This document shows positions 1-12,604 of a DNA stretch of 49,285 nucleotides, in pieces. A program made the position numbers and the translations under genes. Numbering within the stretch: the first letter of the stretch is position 1; every line of letters begins with the position of its first letter. Source of the DNA: Octopus bimaculoides (taxonomy: Eukaryota); contig NC_068991.1 of the NCBI RefSeq assembly GCF_001194135.2, positions 39,953,217 through 40,002,501 on the forward strand, written 5' to 3'. A model generated the notes under the pieces. That model saw only the letters and a list, made by a program, of their open reading frames with translations, was not told the DNA's origin and did not search any database.

Positions 1-299
1 TCGCTTCTCTGTTTCTCGTTCTCTGAATAAAAGAAAAAAGAAACATTTATTTAATGCTCAGATTTCGCTCTCATAATTACGAAATTGTAACAGTATTCAA
101 TATCTTAACCGTCTCCACCAGCTATTGTGGCGTCTGTCAAGGTTAAAAGTAGACGAACTTACACTGTTTAGTATATCAAGTTGCCATCGTGGCTACTCTT
201 AATGAAACAATGTTTATTCCAGTAACCTTTTCTCGATCACAAAGAGAATGGTTTTGATAGAAATCATACAGAATCATATAAAAAAAAAAAACAACTCAC

Positions 300-396
300 C
301 AGCCTCATTTTCTACCGTGAGAATGAGAATAATGCGATTATCGAGGCTGTCAAAAAGTAGTGGCATCGTTTTTAGGACTTCTCTTTGCTATGCTTT
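300..396 (-). CDS. Candidate exon of an unidentified minus-strand host gene; possible start exon (ATG at 366-364: MPLLFDSLDNRIILILTVENEA)
   Basis: Minus strand reads ctttatttttgtgttcag|AAAGC...GAGGCTG|gtgagt (good acceptor and donor). ATG has A at -3 and is open to the donor; all three frames contain stops upstream of the ATG. No recognisable homology. Confidence 0.35.
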
Positions 397-751
397 CTGA
401 ACACAAAAATAAAGAACCGTGATTAAATACTGGAAGCGATTTGGCTGACTTTCTTATGATTCTGCCAATCCAACGCACTTAATAATTACTAATTTAGGCA
501 AAATGTCAACAATATGGGATAGAGCCAGTATTTGACTGGAGCATTGTTTTATTGACTCTGATGGGATATGAACTCAGAACGTAAAAATACGAAACGCTAC
601 AAGAATAACAGCAAAAATCTCCAAGAGACTCTGTAGTGGTAGCTGCCTGCTGAATTGCACACGGCTTTTTCTGTCGATTGTGTTATAAGAAGTTAGTGAG
701 AAATTAGTAAAGATGTGAATTAAAACTGGTTTTTGCTTATTCGTATTTCAT

Positions 752-806
752 TTTCAATATTATTTCAATATTATTTCAATATTATTTCAATATTATTTCA
801 ATATTA
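752..806. repeat. Minisatellite, 5 perfect copies of TTTCAATATTA
   Basis: Read directly from the sequence. Confidence 0.95.
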
Positions 807-819
807 TATCAATGTAATT

Positions 820-1010
820 CCTGGACCGGGCGACGCGTTTTGTTGTTGAGCAAGACATTTCATTTTACGTTGTTCTAGTCCACTCAGCTTACGAAAATGA
901 GTGATCTTACGACAGGCAGGCGTCCCTTCCAGGTGGGGAATATACACACCACGAAAACCGGGAAACTAGGAAACCGGCCTTATGACTCTATATGACTCGG
1001 TAAAGATCTT
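820..1010 (+). mobile_element. Degenerate SINE (CORE/V-SINE-like central and 3' motifs)
   Basis: ttgagcaagacatttc, ggcgtcccttccagg and gaaaccggg motifs; a related copy lies in the opposite orientation at about 27545-27755. Confidence 0.45.
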
Positions 1011-1025
1011 TATTCTTTTTAAGAT

Positions 1026-1236
1026 TGCGAGCTGGTAGAATCGTTAGCACGCCGGACGAAATGCTTAGTGGCATTTCATCCGTTTTCACGTTCTCAGTTC
1101 AAATTCTGCCGAGGTTAGCTTTGCCCTTCATCCTTTCGGGCTCGACAAAATAAGTAGGAGTTAAAGACTAGGATCGAATTAATCGAATTAACTCTCTCTG
1201 CAAACTGCTTGCCTTGCGCTAAAATTAGAAACCAAT
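1026..1236 (+). mobile_element. tRNA-derived SINE, family A
   Basis: Head gcgagctggtagaatcgttagcacg, B-box-like agttcaaattc, core cttcatcctttcggg, tail aaaattagaaaccaatatt; many copies in the window. Confidence 0.85.
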
Positions 1237-1534
1237 ATTATCTTAATATTATTTCAAAAATATTATTTGTATATGGAAGTTATTTTTCCATAATTGTCGA
1301 GTGTCCTATTTATTGTTTGCTGAAGGAGAATCTTGTGATGCTTATACATTTCCATATTTGTAAGGCCATCAAGGAAACAAATGAATGTAATTTGGGGCCT
1401 GGATATTGAAATTGGAACTTAGATCACTGAAATATTACCGTCTTCAGTATTAAAATACATGCATCTTCCCCTACATATACACGAGCACACACTCATGAGC
1501 ACACATATTCACACAGACGCACACAGAGAATACG

Positions 1535-1583
<49 letters not shown>

Positions 1584-2514
1584 GTGAATTCTAACAAACG
1601 TGTAAGTTACGTTCCTTTCACGCTCCTAAAAAGTAAAACATTCGATATCGATAAAATAAGTAACACACAAGAATAAGTACCGACGTCNNNNNNNNNNNNN
1701 NNNNNNNNNNNNNNNNNNNNNNNNNNNNNNNNNNNNNNNNNNNNNNNNNNNNNNNNNNNNNNNNNNNNNNNNNNNNNNNNNNNNNNNNNNNNNNNNNNNN
1801 NNNNNNNNNNNNNNNNNNNNNNNNNNNNNNNNNNNNNNNNNNNNNNNNNNNNNNNNNNNNNNNNNNNNNNNNNNNNNNNNNNNNNNNNNNNNNNNNNNNN
1901 NNNNNNNNNNNNNNNNNNNNNNNNNNNNNNNNNNNNNNNNNNNNNNNNNNNNNNNNNNNNNNNNNNNNNNNNNNNNNNNNNNNNNNNNNNNNNNNNNNNN
2001 NNNNNNNNNNNNNNNNNNNNNNNNNNNNNNNNNNNNNNNNNNNNNNNNNNNNNNNNNNNNNNNNNNNNNNNNNNNNNNNNNNNNNNNNNNNNNNNNNNNN
2101 NNNNNNNNNNNNNNNNNNNNNNNNNNNNNNNNNNNNNNNNNNNNATATATATACATACATACATACATACTTACATACAAAGAGGGAAAGAGAGAGAGAG
2201 GGGGGGAAACGAGAGAAAGAAATAGGGAAATAGAGATCGATGTAGACTTTGCTTAGATTTAACCTAATTTCTGAATTGTTCACCGTTTCACAGAGATCAA
2301 TTGATCACAACTCTTTGCTTTGAGGCTTTCCTTTCATCAAACACATAGAAACTTCATAGGGACAATGACGACAGCGACAATAATGAGTAGGAAAATCTGC
2401 TGATGATAAAATAAGTTGATAAAAAGAAGAAAAAGGATCTCCGTTAGTTTCAACGAATATTGTTTTAGGTTTTCAAGCAATTCTTCATTGATTTATAACG
2501 CAAATGACTGAGTG

Positions 2515-2655
2515 TATCCCCGGTACATGACTGGTACATTATTCATCGGCCCCGAAAGGATAAAAGAAATATTTAACCACAGTGGGATTTGGACTCAAAG
2601 GGCAGAACGTAGGAAATGTTGTCTGACGGTCTAACGATTCGGCCGGCTCGCCATC
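2515..2655 (-). mobile_element. Degraded SINE family A
   Basis: ctggtac...ccccgaaaggat...ctaacgattcggccggctcgcc matches the reverse complement of family A. Confidence 0.65.
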
Positions 2656-2857
2656 TGAAGGTAGAAGATATGCTAGAGCAGTGGTACATAGTTGGTAATT
2701 CCACCAGTATATATCTGGTGCTAATGTTATCGATGAAGGGCTAAGATTATATCATCAGGATTTAAATTAAGAATACAAAATGCCGTAATTAAACTACCAC
2801 AACGAATTTAGTCCGGTGCCCCATAGATTCTACCATCCACAACTATCAGTAATATAA

Positions 2858-3067
2858 CGGTTTCAAATTTTGGCACAAGATCAGCAATTCTGAGGGGATG
2901 GGAAAATCGATAACATGGACTTCAGTGCTCAACTAGTACCTGTTTTATCGACTCCGAAAGGCAAAGTCGACCTCAGCAGAATTTGAACTCATAGCATAAA
3001 GACTGACGAAATACTGCTAAGCATTTGGTCCGGCGTGCTAACGATTCTCCCTGCTCCCCGGCTTTGT
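2858..3067 (-). mobile_element. SINE family A with 17-bp target-site duplication
   Basis: Full family A structure in reverse; aactatcagtaatataa occurs at 2841-2857 and 3068-3084. Confidence 0.85.
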
Positions 3068-3559
3068 AACTATCAGTAATATAATTATTTCTAACAAAGA
3101 CACAAGGTCACAAATGTTTGAGGAAGAGGACAGATCGCTTTAAGCAGTTGAAATGTACTCGTTTTAACTGACCCCAGGGAGACAAAAAGTAAAGATGATC
3201 TCATGCGAGATTTGAACCCAGATTCAGAAGCGACTTAACTAAATACCCCGAGGCGTTTCGATTATTCTAACTATCATTTCTTTAATCCATCAATCTTAAT
3301 TATCAATGATTATTTTTGCTTTGAAAACATCCAATACACAGTAAAGAAGCTAGAAGCTCTTCCCTGCTGTTTTTCCCAGATCATTACAACAGTCACATTG
3401 AATAATTCAAAGGGGAATTGAAGCCGCATCTACAGTTCAGTAGAATTTCGATCCATTTCACAATGTTTACAATTAATAAATTGCGTGATTATTTTAAAAT
3501 TAGATGCAAGGTTCCAGATTTACAAAGGGGATGGATGGAAAATAGGATGCGATACTCAC

Positions 3560-3654
3560 CCTTATACCAGAGAGTATTTTTTTTTTGTGCAAACGAAAAA
3601 AAAATTACGTTGTTCTTTCTTTTGGGAAACGAAACAGTATTGATCTTTGCCTTT
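3560..3654 (-). other. Candidate (probably 5' UTR) exon of the minus-strand host gene
   Basis: ttgttgtttgtcttttctaatatag|AAAGG...TAAGG|gtgagtatc; 95 nt; one open frame but homopolymer-rich and not protein-like. Confidence 0.3.
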
Positions 3655-3864
3655 CTATATTAGAAAAGACAAACAACAAAGTTAAATAAAATCTGGATTG
3701 TTGAGTTTCTGGGTCAGCACTTTGTGTACAGTTGGTTACACTAGTGCCATAGATCTTTTCTTTAATCTGAGTTAGTTGAGCTACCTTCCACCTCTTCCAT
3801 CACCATCTCTCCTTTGCTACTCCACCCTCGTCTCACGACGGGAGTAGGATCGTAATTATCAGTT

Positions 3865-4135
3865 TCATCGTCGTTATTCTCCTCCTCCTCCTCCTTCTTC
3901 TCCTCCTCCTCCTCCTCCTCCTCCTCATCATCATCATCATCATCGTTGTCGTCGTCGTCATCGTCGTCGTCGTCGTCATCATCATCATCATCATCCTCAT
4001 CATCATCATCATCATCATCATTGCCGTCATCATCATCGTCATCATCATCAATCATTATCATCGCTATCATCATCGCCATCATCAGAAGCAGCAGTAACAG
4101 CAACAATAATGAAAACAACAGCATTAACAATGATA
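3865..4135. repeat. Compound trinucleotide microsatellite (TCC/TCA/TCG/AAT)
   Basis: Read directly; explains the poly-D/E/S/M ORFs in the track. Confidence 0.95.
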
Positions 4136-5809
4136 AATAACATCCCAACCACTACTACCACCCCCATATCCTCGCCACTAATAATACCTGCCACTGAAAA
4201 GGGCGAAAGGAAGAAAAAGAAAAGCCAAAAAAAATATCATAGCGCTAATGAAAAGCAAACGATGGGAAAGAAAGAAAGAAAGAATGAAAGAAAGGAAGAA
4301 AGAAAGAAATAAAGAACGAAAGAAAATGAATTAATTTTCCGTGCTTTGAAAGGAACAAAAGCAGTTGTTAATTGTAATCGTTAAAATATCACAATAGTCT
4401 GCCGGCATTGTTTCAGTTGAGGTAAACTAGAATAGCAATAGTTTAAGTGCAACCAGGCGTAAATGTTATATGGGGGAAAGCGATATATTGATCCGCTATC
4501 TGTAGCAGAAAGATGCTTCGATATAGTGCACCGATGATAAACACTAATAGCAGATACTTCGATATTCACTTGTAGAACGTTGCTCAAGCTATAACGATGA
4601 TGTAAATGGAACCGTCAGCATTTCGTCGTGTTCGAGGCAAATGGTTAACTTATATTTCACAGATGTTTGAACACTCGTGTCAACACACACACACACATAC
4701 ACACACACGAGAGAGAGAGAGAGGGGGGGGGATCGAGAGAGAGAGAGAGCGAGAGTGAGAGGACAAACGATAGAAAAAGGCAGTCAACTCATTTAGTAGG
4801 AGTTACATGTATTATTTAAAACACCATGGAACCGAATCAAACAGTTTTAAAAAATATATATGTATATATATTGTTTAAAAAAAAAACGTTTGGTTTAGTT
4901 GTTACAGATGCTTCTGTTCCAAGAACACTTTTGTATAGGTTTTTCCTACAGTCGCCGTAGAAAACTGCTTCCGTATAGTTTCAGCGAATTTATTGCTTTT
5001 CAAAATCTGTCGCAGAATAAACAATATTGAGATATAAAAATTACGTAATGTATTATGAAAAGCAAAGGGAGTTAATTAATTTTGTATAAATTTTGTATAT
5101 TTATTTCAGAGATCTCTAAGCAAGTGATTTGATCTTAGACCGTGTATCGAAACTAAAACGACCACAGTGAAGACAAATAGCCTTTCAAAAACGCACAAAG
5201 ACTGATAACAGTTTTTGTGTTTTTGAATGTCTGATATATGCCTTCTGCTATATAATTGCTATATATTTATTGGTTTTAAATTTAGTTTTCTTTTTCTTTA
5301 CTTTTAAATAGTTTAGTGTTAGATATTCTGAACGGAATGAGTATTTAACAAAAATATCGCGATTTTATCTTACTTAGTTCACACTGAGATACAGCATAAT
5401 AAAAGTGTATTCTGTATTTATATCTGTGAGAAATGATGTAGTAGGAATGACAATAAATGTGTGAGGCAAATTAAGCTGCTCACCACAGAGCAAACAATTC
5501 AATTAATTATATGATGTATGAATGTGTATTTAGTTTTGATCTCTCAGCGCTTGTTTAATCATCGGCAGAGTACTAGGAAAACCATGTTGAGACATTAACT
5601 AAAAAGCAGATAGTGGTTCTAGCTATAAATCTGGCTATAAATATTTTTTATCTTTCCAACAAAATCTTTATCGCAAACAGAAAGCAGACATCAGACGTTA
5701 TTCAATCACTTAACCAATCCAGATGGCCACCTCTATGAGAGATAGAAAAGTTATAGACATATAGACTTGCATACAAACAAATATATATATGGATAGTATT
5801 CTGTGTGTG

Positions 5810-5870
<61 letters not shown>

Positions 5871-6257
5871 NNNNNNNNNNNNNNNNNNNNNNNNNNNNNN
5901 NNNNNNNNNNNNNNNNNNNNNNNNNNNNNNNNNNNNNNNNNNNNNNNNNNNNNNNNNNNNNNNNNNNNNNNNNNNNNNNNNNNNNNNNNNNNNNNNNNNN
6001 NNNNNNNNNNNNNNNNNNNNNNNNNNNNNNNNNNNNNNNNNNNNNNNNNNNNNNNNNNNNNNNNNNNNNNNNNNNNNNNNNNNNNNNNNNNNNNNNNNNN
6101 NNNNNNNNNNNNNNNNNNNNNNNNNNNNNNNNNNNNNNNNNNNNNNNNNNNNNNNNNNNNNNNNNNNNNNNNNNNNNNNNNATATATAATTATGAATGTT
6201 TAGTATGTTCACATGCACGCATGTATGTATGTTATGTAAGATATGTAAGGTATGTCT

Positions 6258-6465
6258 GAAAGCGGCGAGCTGGCAGAATCGTTAGCACGCCGGGTAATCT
6301 TTGCGTCCGTCTTTGCGTTCTGAGTTCAAATTCCGCCGAGGTCGAGTTTGCCTTTTATCCTTTCGGGTTCAAAATAATAAGTACCAGTCGAGTACTGAAG
6401 GGTGATATAATCGACTTGCCCCCTCCCCAAAAATTGTTGGCCTTATGCCAAAATTTGAAACCTTT
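6258..6465 (+). mobile_element. SINE family A
   Basis: gcggcgagctggcagaatcgttagcacg...gagttcaaattccgccgaggtcg...aaatttgaaacc. Confidence 0.9.
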
Positions 6466-6729
6466 GTATGTGAAAGTTATGTCTGTAAGATGTGTATGTA
6501 CGTACGTACTCGTTAAAAACTGCTCCGTTACTCGCAATTGAAAATAGCTTGGTTAAATATGCCATGCTTTTATTGATTCTTTTAGGTGCTCATTTAGTTG
6601 CAAGGAGATACAGACAACTTCTCAGTCCTTTTCCTGTGACCAGATTGAACATCCAGAATGTGACAGCTGGAAGGAGAGATGGCTGCGGCAATACACGTTA
6701 GGATACATTTACAGCCGAATAAACTGGAA

Positions 6730-7060
6730 CAGGGGTTCTCAATCGGAGTTCATATGGACCCTGCGGGTCCATATGAAACTTTTTGGGAATCCATGGATGC
6801 AATATAGTAAATTAGGGGTCAACGATAATTTTTCAGGACCAATGGAAATAATTGTGCTTCAGATCAGTTAAGTTTATGGGCAATAAATTGGTTATACGTC
6901 TACAGTGCACAAAATATTTTAATTTTTATACAGTTCCTAATGATATTTAAACATAAAGATACTATAGGATCTTTTAAACATCAAATGGCTAGGAGGGTAC
7001 ATCTAGGTAAAATAGAAATCAAAAGGATCTATAGATAAAAAAAACGTCTGAGAAACATCG
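6730..7060. mobile_element. Putative hAT-type MITE
   Basis: Left end caggggttctcaa (hAT/Charlie-like TIR); degenerate right end aaaaaaacgtctgagaaacatcg; no clear TSD. Confidence 0.45.
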
Positions 7061-7737
7061 GACAGCAACGAGAAATTAAGTGTCTTGCTCAAGGACACAA
7101 CGCACCACCTGGTCCAGAAACTTAACTGACAAATTAACCAATGGGCCATCATGTCGCTTTAATTCTAAAATAGAAAACTGCGTGGTTAGTCTTGGCAAAT
7201 AATGGTAGAAGACTTGATAAAAAAAAATGGTTAACTTAATTTTTGAGGTCACCTGATTGCGCGTGCACGCACATGCATACACACACGCGAGCACGCACAC
7301 ACACGCACGCACAAGCATATACACATTTAATACTGATAGTTACAGCGTTTATGATGATAGTCATCATCATCACCACCTTCACCAACACCACTGCCAGCAA
7401 CACCTCCACCGAAACCACATCCACTGAAACACCATCGCCATCATCTCCAACATCATCATACTCATCATGACCATGATCATCCTCACCCTCGTTTTCGTCG
7501 TTGTCGGCACCTTCCTCCTCATCCTCATGTCCATCCTCCTCCTCCTCCCCNNNNNNNNNNNNNNNNNNNNNNNNNNNNNNNNNNNNNNNNNNNNNNNNNN
7601 NNNNNNNNNNNNNNNNNNNNNNNNNATTAGAATAAGTTTATTCCAGGACAGCACGTGAGAAAGTGAAAAGTCGTACTGACATCCTCTATGTCAAACTACG
7701 TGACCTGGAAAGTTCATTGATATCTGATCATCTAATG

Positions 7738-8248
7738 CAGGAGTTACCAAACTACGGCCCGCCACCGCACTGTACCCTTTGCGTAAGTATCTGCAATGAG
7801 AGTTCATTTGTCTCTAGTATGGTATCAGTGTTTGGAAAGACTTATGTCTGTGAGCAAACATTTTCAAAAATGAAGTATGTGAAGTCAGCACATCAAACGA
7901 GGTTGACTGATGAACATTTGAAAGCAATTCTCTTGGTTGGATGTAGCAATTCCAAAGCAAATATTGATGATATCTTAAGGCCTAAACACCAGTTTCACAA
8001 ATCTCACTAACCTTTTTTACTGCTTAGTTTGTGAGATTCGGATATATGCGCACTGAGTGTGATATTTTCAAGCCATGTGCTACATTGCTAACGTCACCTT
8101 CTTTGATAACTTTTTAGTAAATAAATATATTGGTTGTATTTATTTTTTGTGTATTCACTGTATTGTACTGAACAAAATGGTTATGCGGCCTGCGCTTGTC
8201 ATTCTCTCAGTTATCTGTCCCGCCGTGAAAAATATTTGGTGACCCTTG
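7738..8248 (+). mobile_element. Non-autonomous hAT (Charlie/SPIN-like) deletion derivative retaining the transposase C-terminal dimerisation segment
   Basis: TIR-like ends caggagttaccaaa / tttggtgacccttg; 8-bp flanks atctaatg / atttaacg (6/8 identical, central TA); translation FGKTYVCEQTFSKMKYVKSAHQTRLTDEHL matches the hAT C-terminal motif. Confidence 0.85.
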
Positions 8249-8692
8249 ATTTAACGGATAAACACGTAAGGGAACAAGCCAACAACGGAGCTGTTACGTG
8301 ATCGTTCGATATACTAAACTCAGAGCCAAATTTCCCTGAAATTACTCCACGCTGCAGTCTTAAAAGCAAAAAACATAGAATGATGTTGTCTTAGACGTAC
8401 AAAAACTCGGAATACTCATGGCAAGATTGCTTATGTTCATCATTGCTGTGCTCAAATAGGAGATGAGTTGGAGGAAAACAACAACACACGAGTCAATGCG
8501 TTTAAAAATGACCGATCCTATTTGCATATGATTGCGTGAGTGATTTGAGTGGATATACTTCGTAAGACACATGAAGTCGTCAATTAAAATTTGACTGACA
8601 ATATCCTTGTGTATGCTGACAAGAATACCGGCGTTTCAGTTAGTCTACATACTCACTTAAACACACTGACATACATTCAGACATATCACATG

Positions 8693-8758
<66 letters not shown>

Positions 8759-9499
8759 CGTGTGTGTGTGTGTTCGTGTGTGTGTTTGTTTGTGTGTGAG
8801 GGAGAGAGTAACCTTTTTTAATAAAAGAAGCTTTTATAAAAATAAGGTTTTCTTCCAAAAATCAATTAAAAAACAAATTGTTTCTGCCATTTGATTTAGA
8901 TATAATTGATCTGGAATAGAATCAAACGAGAGGCTTAATGAATGCTATGTTACAATTTTGGGCGAACAAATGAAGCAATTCGCTTAATGCATTCACTCAC
9001 CAATAAGGGAGATAAATATGATACTTTCTCCAATTCTTTCTATATTACTGTAGTAGGAATGTCACAATTCACTGGAATATTACCCACATGATCAACAAAA
9101 TCTGATCAATCATGACGTCGCGTGGAATAGGCTCCAGCGACAATATCATCTTTTGGCGCGTTTCCTTCTGAGCCTAACCATCAGTATAAACTTGGCACAC
9201 TTTGACTACTTAACTCTCTTTGAGATGGAGCTGAGAGAGCACTGACAGACGACAGGGACGAGACGGCAGACGGACGACGAATAGACGCGGACAGTTGCTG
9301 ACAACAACCACGATGACCGATCGGCTACTAACCTTTTAACTACCACAGTTATACCAAGAACAAAGACATTCAAACTCTCGACATTTTGTAGTTCGTAGTG
9401 TGTGTATGAAAAGAACAAAATCTTGTTTACCAAAAATCCAAATAGATTTCCGTCTTTTTCTCACATTACCGAGATGTTTTTAAACACAACGGGATCAAA

Positions 9500-10076
9500 G
9501 TTTCTTAACAATGTCTAAAATTGCTTCATACGTGAGATTCGTTGGTATTGCACAGTGCTAAGATTTTGAATTGCTAATGCTATTCTTTGTGGAGAACGCC
9601 TCTCTGATGCAATTTGAACTTGAAAACATCTTTCATTCATTGATTAGAATCATTGAGTAGAATACTTTGCTATTCTGAGAATACTTCGAACCAGTGCAAT
9701 CAATTCTTCCTGCAGGGTATCTGATAAAAAAAAAGTGACTTTTTTAAAATATATATCTCCAAGAAACCAACATCGTCATGTTGTATCTTACTTGCAGAAG
9801 CTGAGCTGTTTTCTTGTTTTTCAATATTCAAAGTTTTGGTATCTTCCGTCTCTTTAAAAGACGATCTTGTTTCTTGGCAAACACTTCCATTCTTATTCTG
9901 ATATACATTTGGTTAAATCTACATTCGTTTCCAATCCAGCAAACGGCAATGAAAGATTAGGTTGTACAAGAAAATAACATCATAAAATCACTTACATTTT
10001 TTGTTTCTTCCTTCCATCGGACATACTTATCTTCATTTTCATTATTGATAGTGTTCGCTTCACGGTCAAATTTCTA
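9500..10076 (-). pseudogene. Frameshifted N-terminal remnant of a hAT (ZMYM/TTF-zinc-finger-type) transposase
   Basis: Cross-frame peptides HDDVGFL / SDTLQEELIAL / GSKYSQNS / SMNERCFQ resemble, from recall, the N-terminus of ZMYM-like hAT transposases. Confidence 0.5.
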
Positions 10077-10243
10077 CCGAAAGAAAGACGAGTACGCACA
10101 CACACGCACGTGCGCGTACACACACGCACGTGCACGCACACGCACACACACACATACATACACACACCCATTTAGAAATTTGACCATGAAGCGAACACTG
10201 TCAGTAATGAAAATGAAGTGAGTACGATGGAAAGAAGAAATAA
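10001..10243. repeat. Imperfect inverted repeat (arms 10001-10076 and 10173-10243) around a (CA)/(CG) spacer
   Basis: Reverse complement of the left arm (tagaaatttgaccgtgaagcgaacactatcaataatgaaaatgaag...) aligns to the right arm (tagaaatttgaccatgaagcgaacactgtcagtaatgaaaatgaag...). Confidence 0.9.
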
Positions 10244-10311
10244 ACACACACACACACACACATACAAGTGCACACACACACATACAAGTGCACACACACA
10301 CACACACACAC

Positions 10312-10348
<37 letters not shown>

Positions 10349-11236
10349 ATGTGTTTTAATTTTAGACGAATTTCATCTTGATCAAATCCGCACACATATG
10401 TGTTGATAGTGGTTTGCCTAATCTGAATTTTTCCTTTNNNNNNNNNNNNNNNNNNNNNNNNNNNNNNNNNNNNNNNNNNNNNNNNNNNNNNNNNNNNNNN
10501 NNNNNNNNNNNNNNNNNNNNNNNNNNNNNNNNNNNNNNNNNNNNNNNNNNNNNNNNNNNNNNNNNNNNNNNNNNNNNNNNNNNNNNNNNNNNNNNNNNNN
10601 NNNNNNNNNNNNNNNNNNNNNNNNNNNNNNNNNNNNNNNNNNNNNNNNNNNNNNNNNNNNNNNNNNNNNNNNNNNNNNNNNNNNNNNNNNNNNNNNNNNN
10701 NNNNNNNNNNNNNNNNNNNNNNNNNNNNNNNNNNNNNNNNNNNNNNNNNNNNNNNNNNNNNNNNNNNNNNNNNNNNNNNNNNNNNNNNNNNNNNNNNNNN
10801 NNNNNNNNNNNNNNNNNNNNNNNNNNNNNNNNNNNNNNNNNNNNNNNNNNNNNNNNNNNNNNNNNNNNNNNNNNNNNNNNNNNNNNNNNNNNNNNNNNNN
10901 NNNNNNNNNNNNNNNNNNNNNNNNNNNNNNNNNNNNNNNNNNNNNNNNNNNNNNNNNNNNNNNNNNNNNNNNNNNNNNNNNNNNNNNNNNNNNNNNNNNN
11001 NNNNNNNNNNNNNNNNNNNNNNNNNNNNNNNNNNNNNNNNNNNNNNNNNNNNNNNNNNNNNNNNNNNNNNNNNNNNNNNNNNNNNNNNNNNNTCGAATAC
11101 ACTCAAACGTGTTAATTGTGACTTTACATATGTATATCTGTATACATGCATATACGTACATGCATTCATACATTTGTACATGCATACATAATACATACAT
11201 ACATACATACATACATACATACATACATACATACAT

Positions 11237-11267
<31 letters not shown>

Positions 11268-11268
11268 A

Positions 11269-11325
<57 letters not shown>

Positions 11326-11861
11326 TACATGTGTACATGTATAAAATATGCAATAAGAAAGTAAAGCCAAAATTATACTTGAGCAAGTAAAATACACAGG
11401 ACTGTGTAAAACAAAAATACAAATTTGTGGTTGAGAAATGATAACTAAAAATAATTTTCGGCAATAATTTATACAATAAGGCGAGAAAAACAATAAACAT
11501 TATACGGTACTGAAACAAGACGGTAAAATGGACGAAATACGATATCTAGAAAAAATTGAGTCTTCATCAGATAAGCACTGTATGGTTTCGAACACCTGGT
11601 GTAAATCAATATTTGGCAGTACTCACTAATTAAGACGAGGAACCAATCGGGATAAATGTTATAGTAAAAGTGAACAGAACGCAAATGATCAAGGCAGACA
11701 CATTTAAAGAAACGTGTATAAGCAAGTAAGATATAGTAAAAATAATAGGGGAATTGTGTCAATGACAAACTATATAAGGAGAAAGTATGCACGGGGAAGG
11801 AAAAAGCGAAGCCAAATATGAACTAATAAAATAAGCAGGGCAGAGAGAAAACAAAAATAAA

Positions 11862-12008
11862 TCAGTGCTCAACTGGTACTTATTTTATCGACTCTGAAAA
11901 GATGACAGGCAAAGTCGGCTCCAGAGACTTTTAAACTCGGGACGTAAAGAAGGACTGCCGCAAAGCATTTTGTCTGTATGCTAACAGTTCTGCCAGCACG
12001 CCGCCTTA
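11862..12008 (-). mobile_element. SINE family A
   Basis: caactggtacttattttatcgac...ggcaaagtcg...ttctgccagcacgccgcctta. Confidence 0.8.
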
Positions 12009-12276
12009 ATGCACACACACATACGCACGCATGCACACACACACACACACACACACACGCACATAAAGAAAGACATGGTGTAGGAGTCTGAGAGAGGGAG
12101 CGTGGTTAAATGTAGAAAGACGAATAGGTAGCGTGGTATAAGTATGTCATACCAGCAGGAAATGAAGGGTGGAAGATGTCATCGGCATAAGGTATACGAC
12201 AGAATGTACTGCGGGACCACGGCAGCTGAGTATTTGATATCATGTGTGGATGTACTTTTGTGCGCAGTATGTGTTT

Positions 12277-12365
<89 letters not shown>

Positions 12366-12560
12366 CAAACAACTACAACTAAATGGTGCTGCTTCCACTG
12401 CCCCCATTACCGATATTCACTTACTTCTTACTTTTTAAGCGTATTTATCTTCAAGAAAATGTGGAATACTTGAAAACATGTACAGGTGAATGTAGGAGGA
12501 TAATGTAATTCAGAATAAATACGTAATACATCATCTTCCCCATCCCTTCTTTTCTTTCTT

Positions 12561-12604
<44 letters not shown>

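Noticed and set aside
300-366. Assigning LILTVENEAG to an ACT (PAH/TPH), Ig or PKD domain, or RLTFEEAK at about 40455 to a Link domain
   Set aside because: Matches are too short and fit several unrelated families; no gene symbol is justified.
3762-4148. Acidic 128-aa minus-strand ORF with a hydrophobic N-terminus
   Set aside because: Built from trinucleotide microsatellites; no domain or splice support.
6258-6345. tRNA gene (also at other SINE heads)
   Set aside because: A/B boxes are present but continue into SINE bodies; no cloverleaf.
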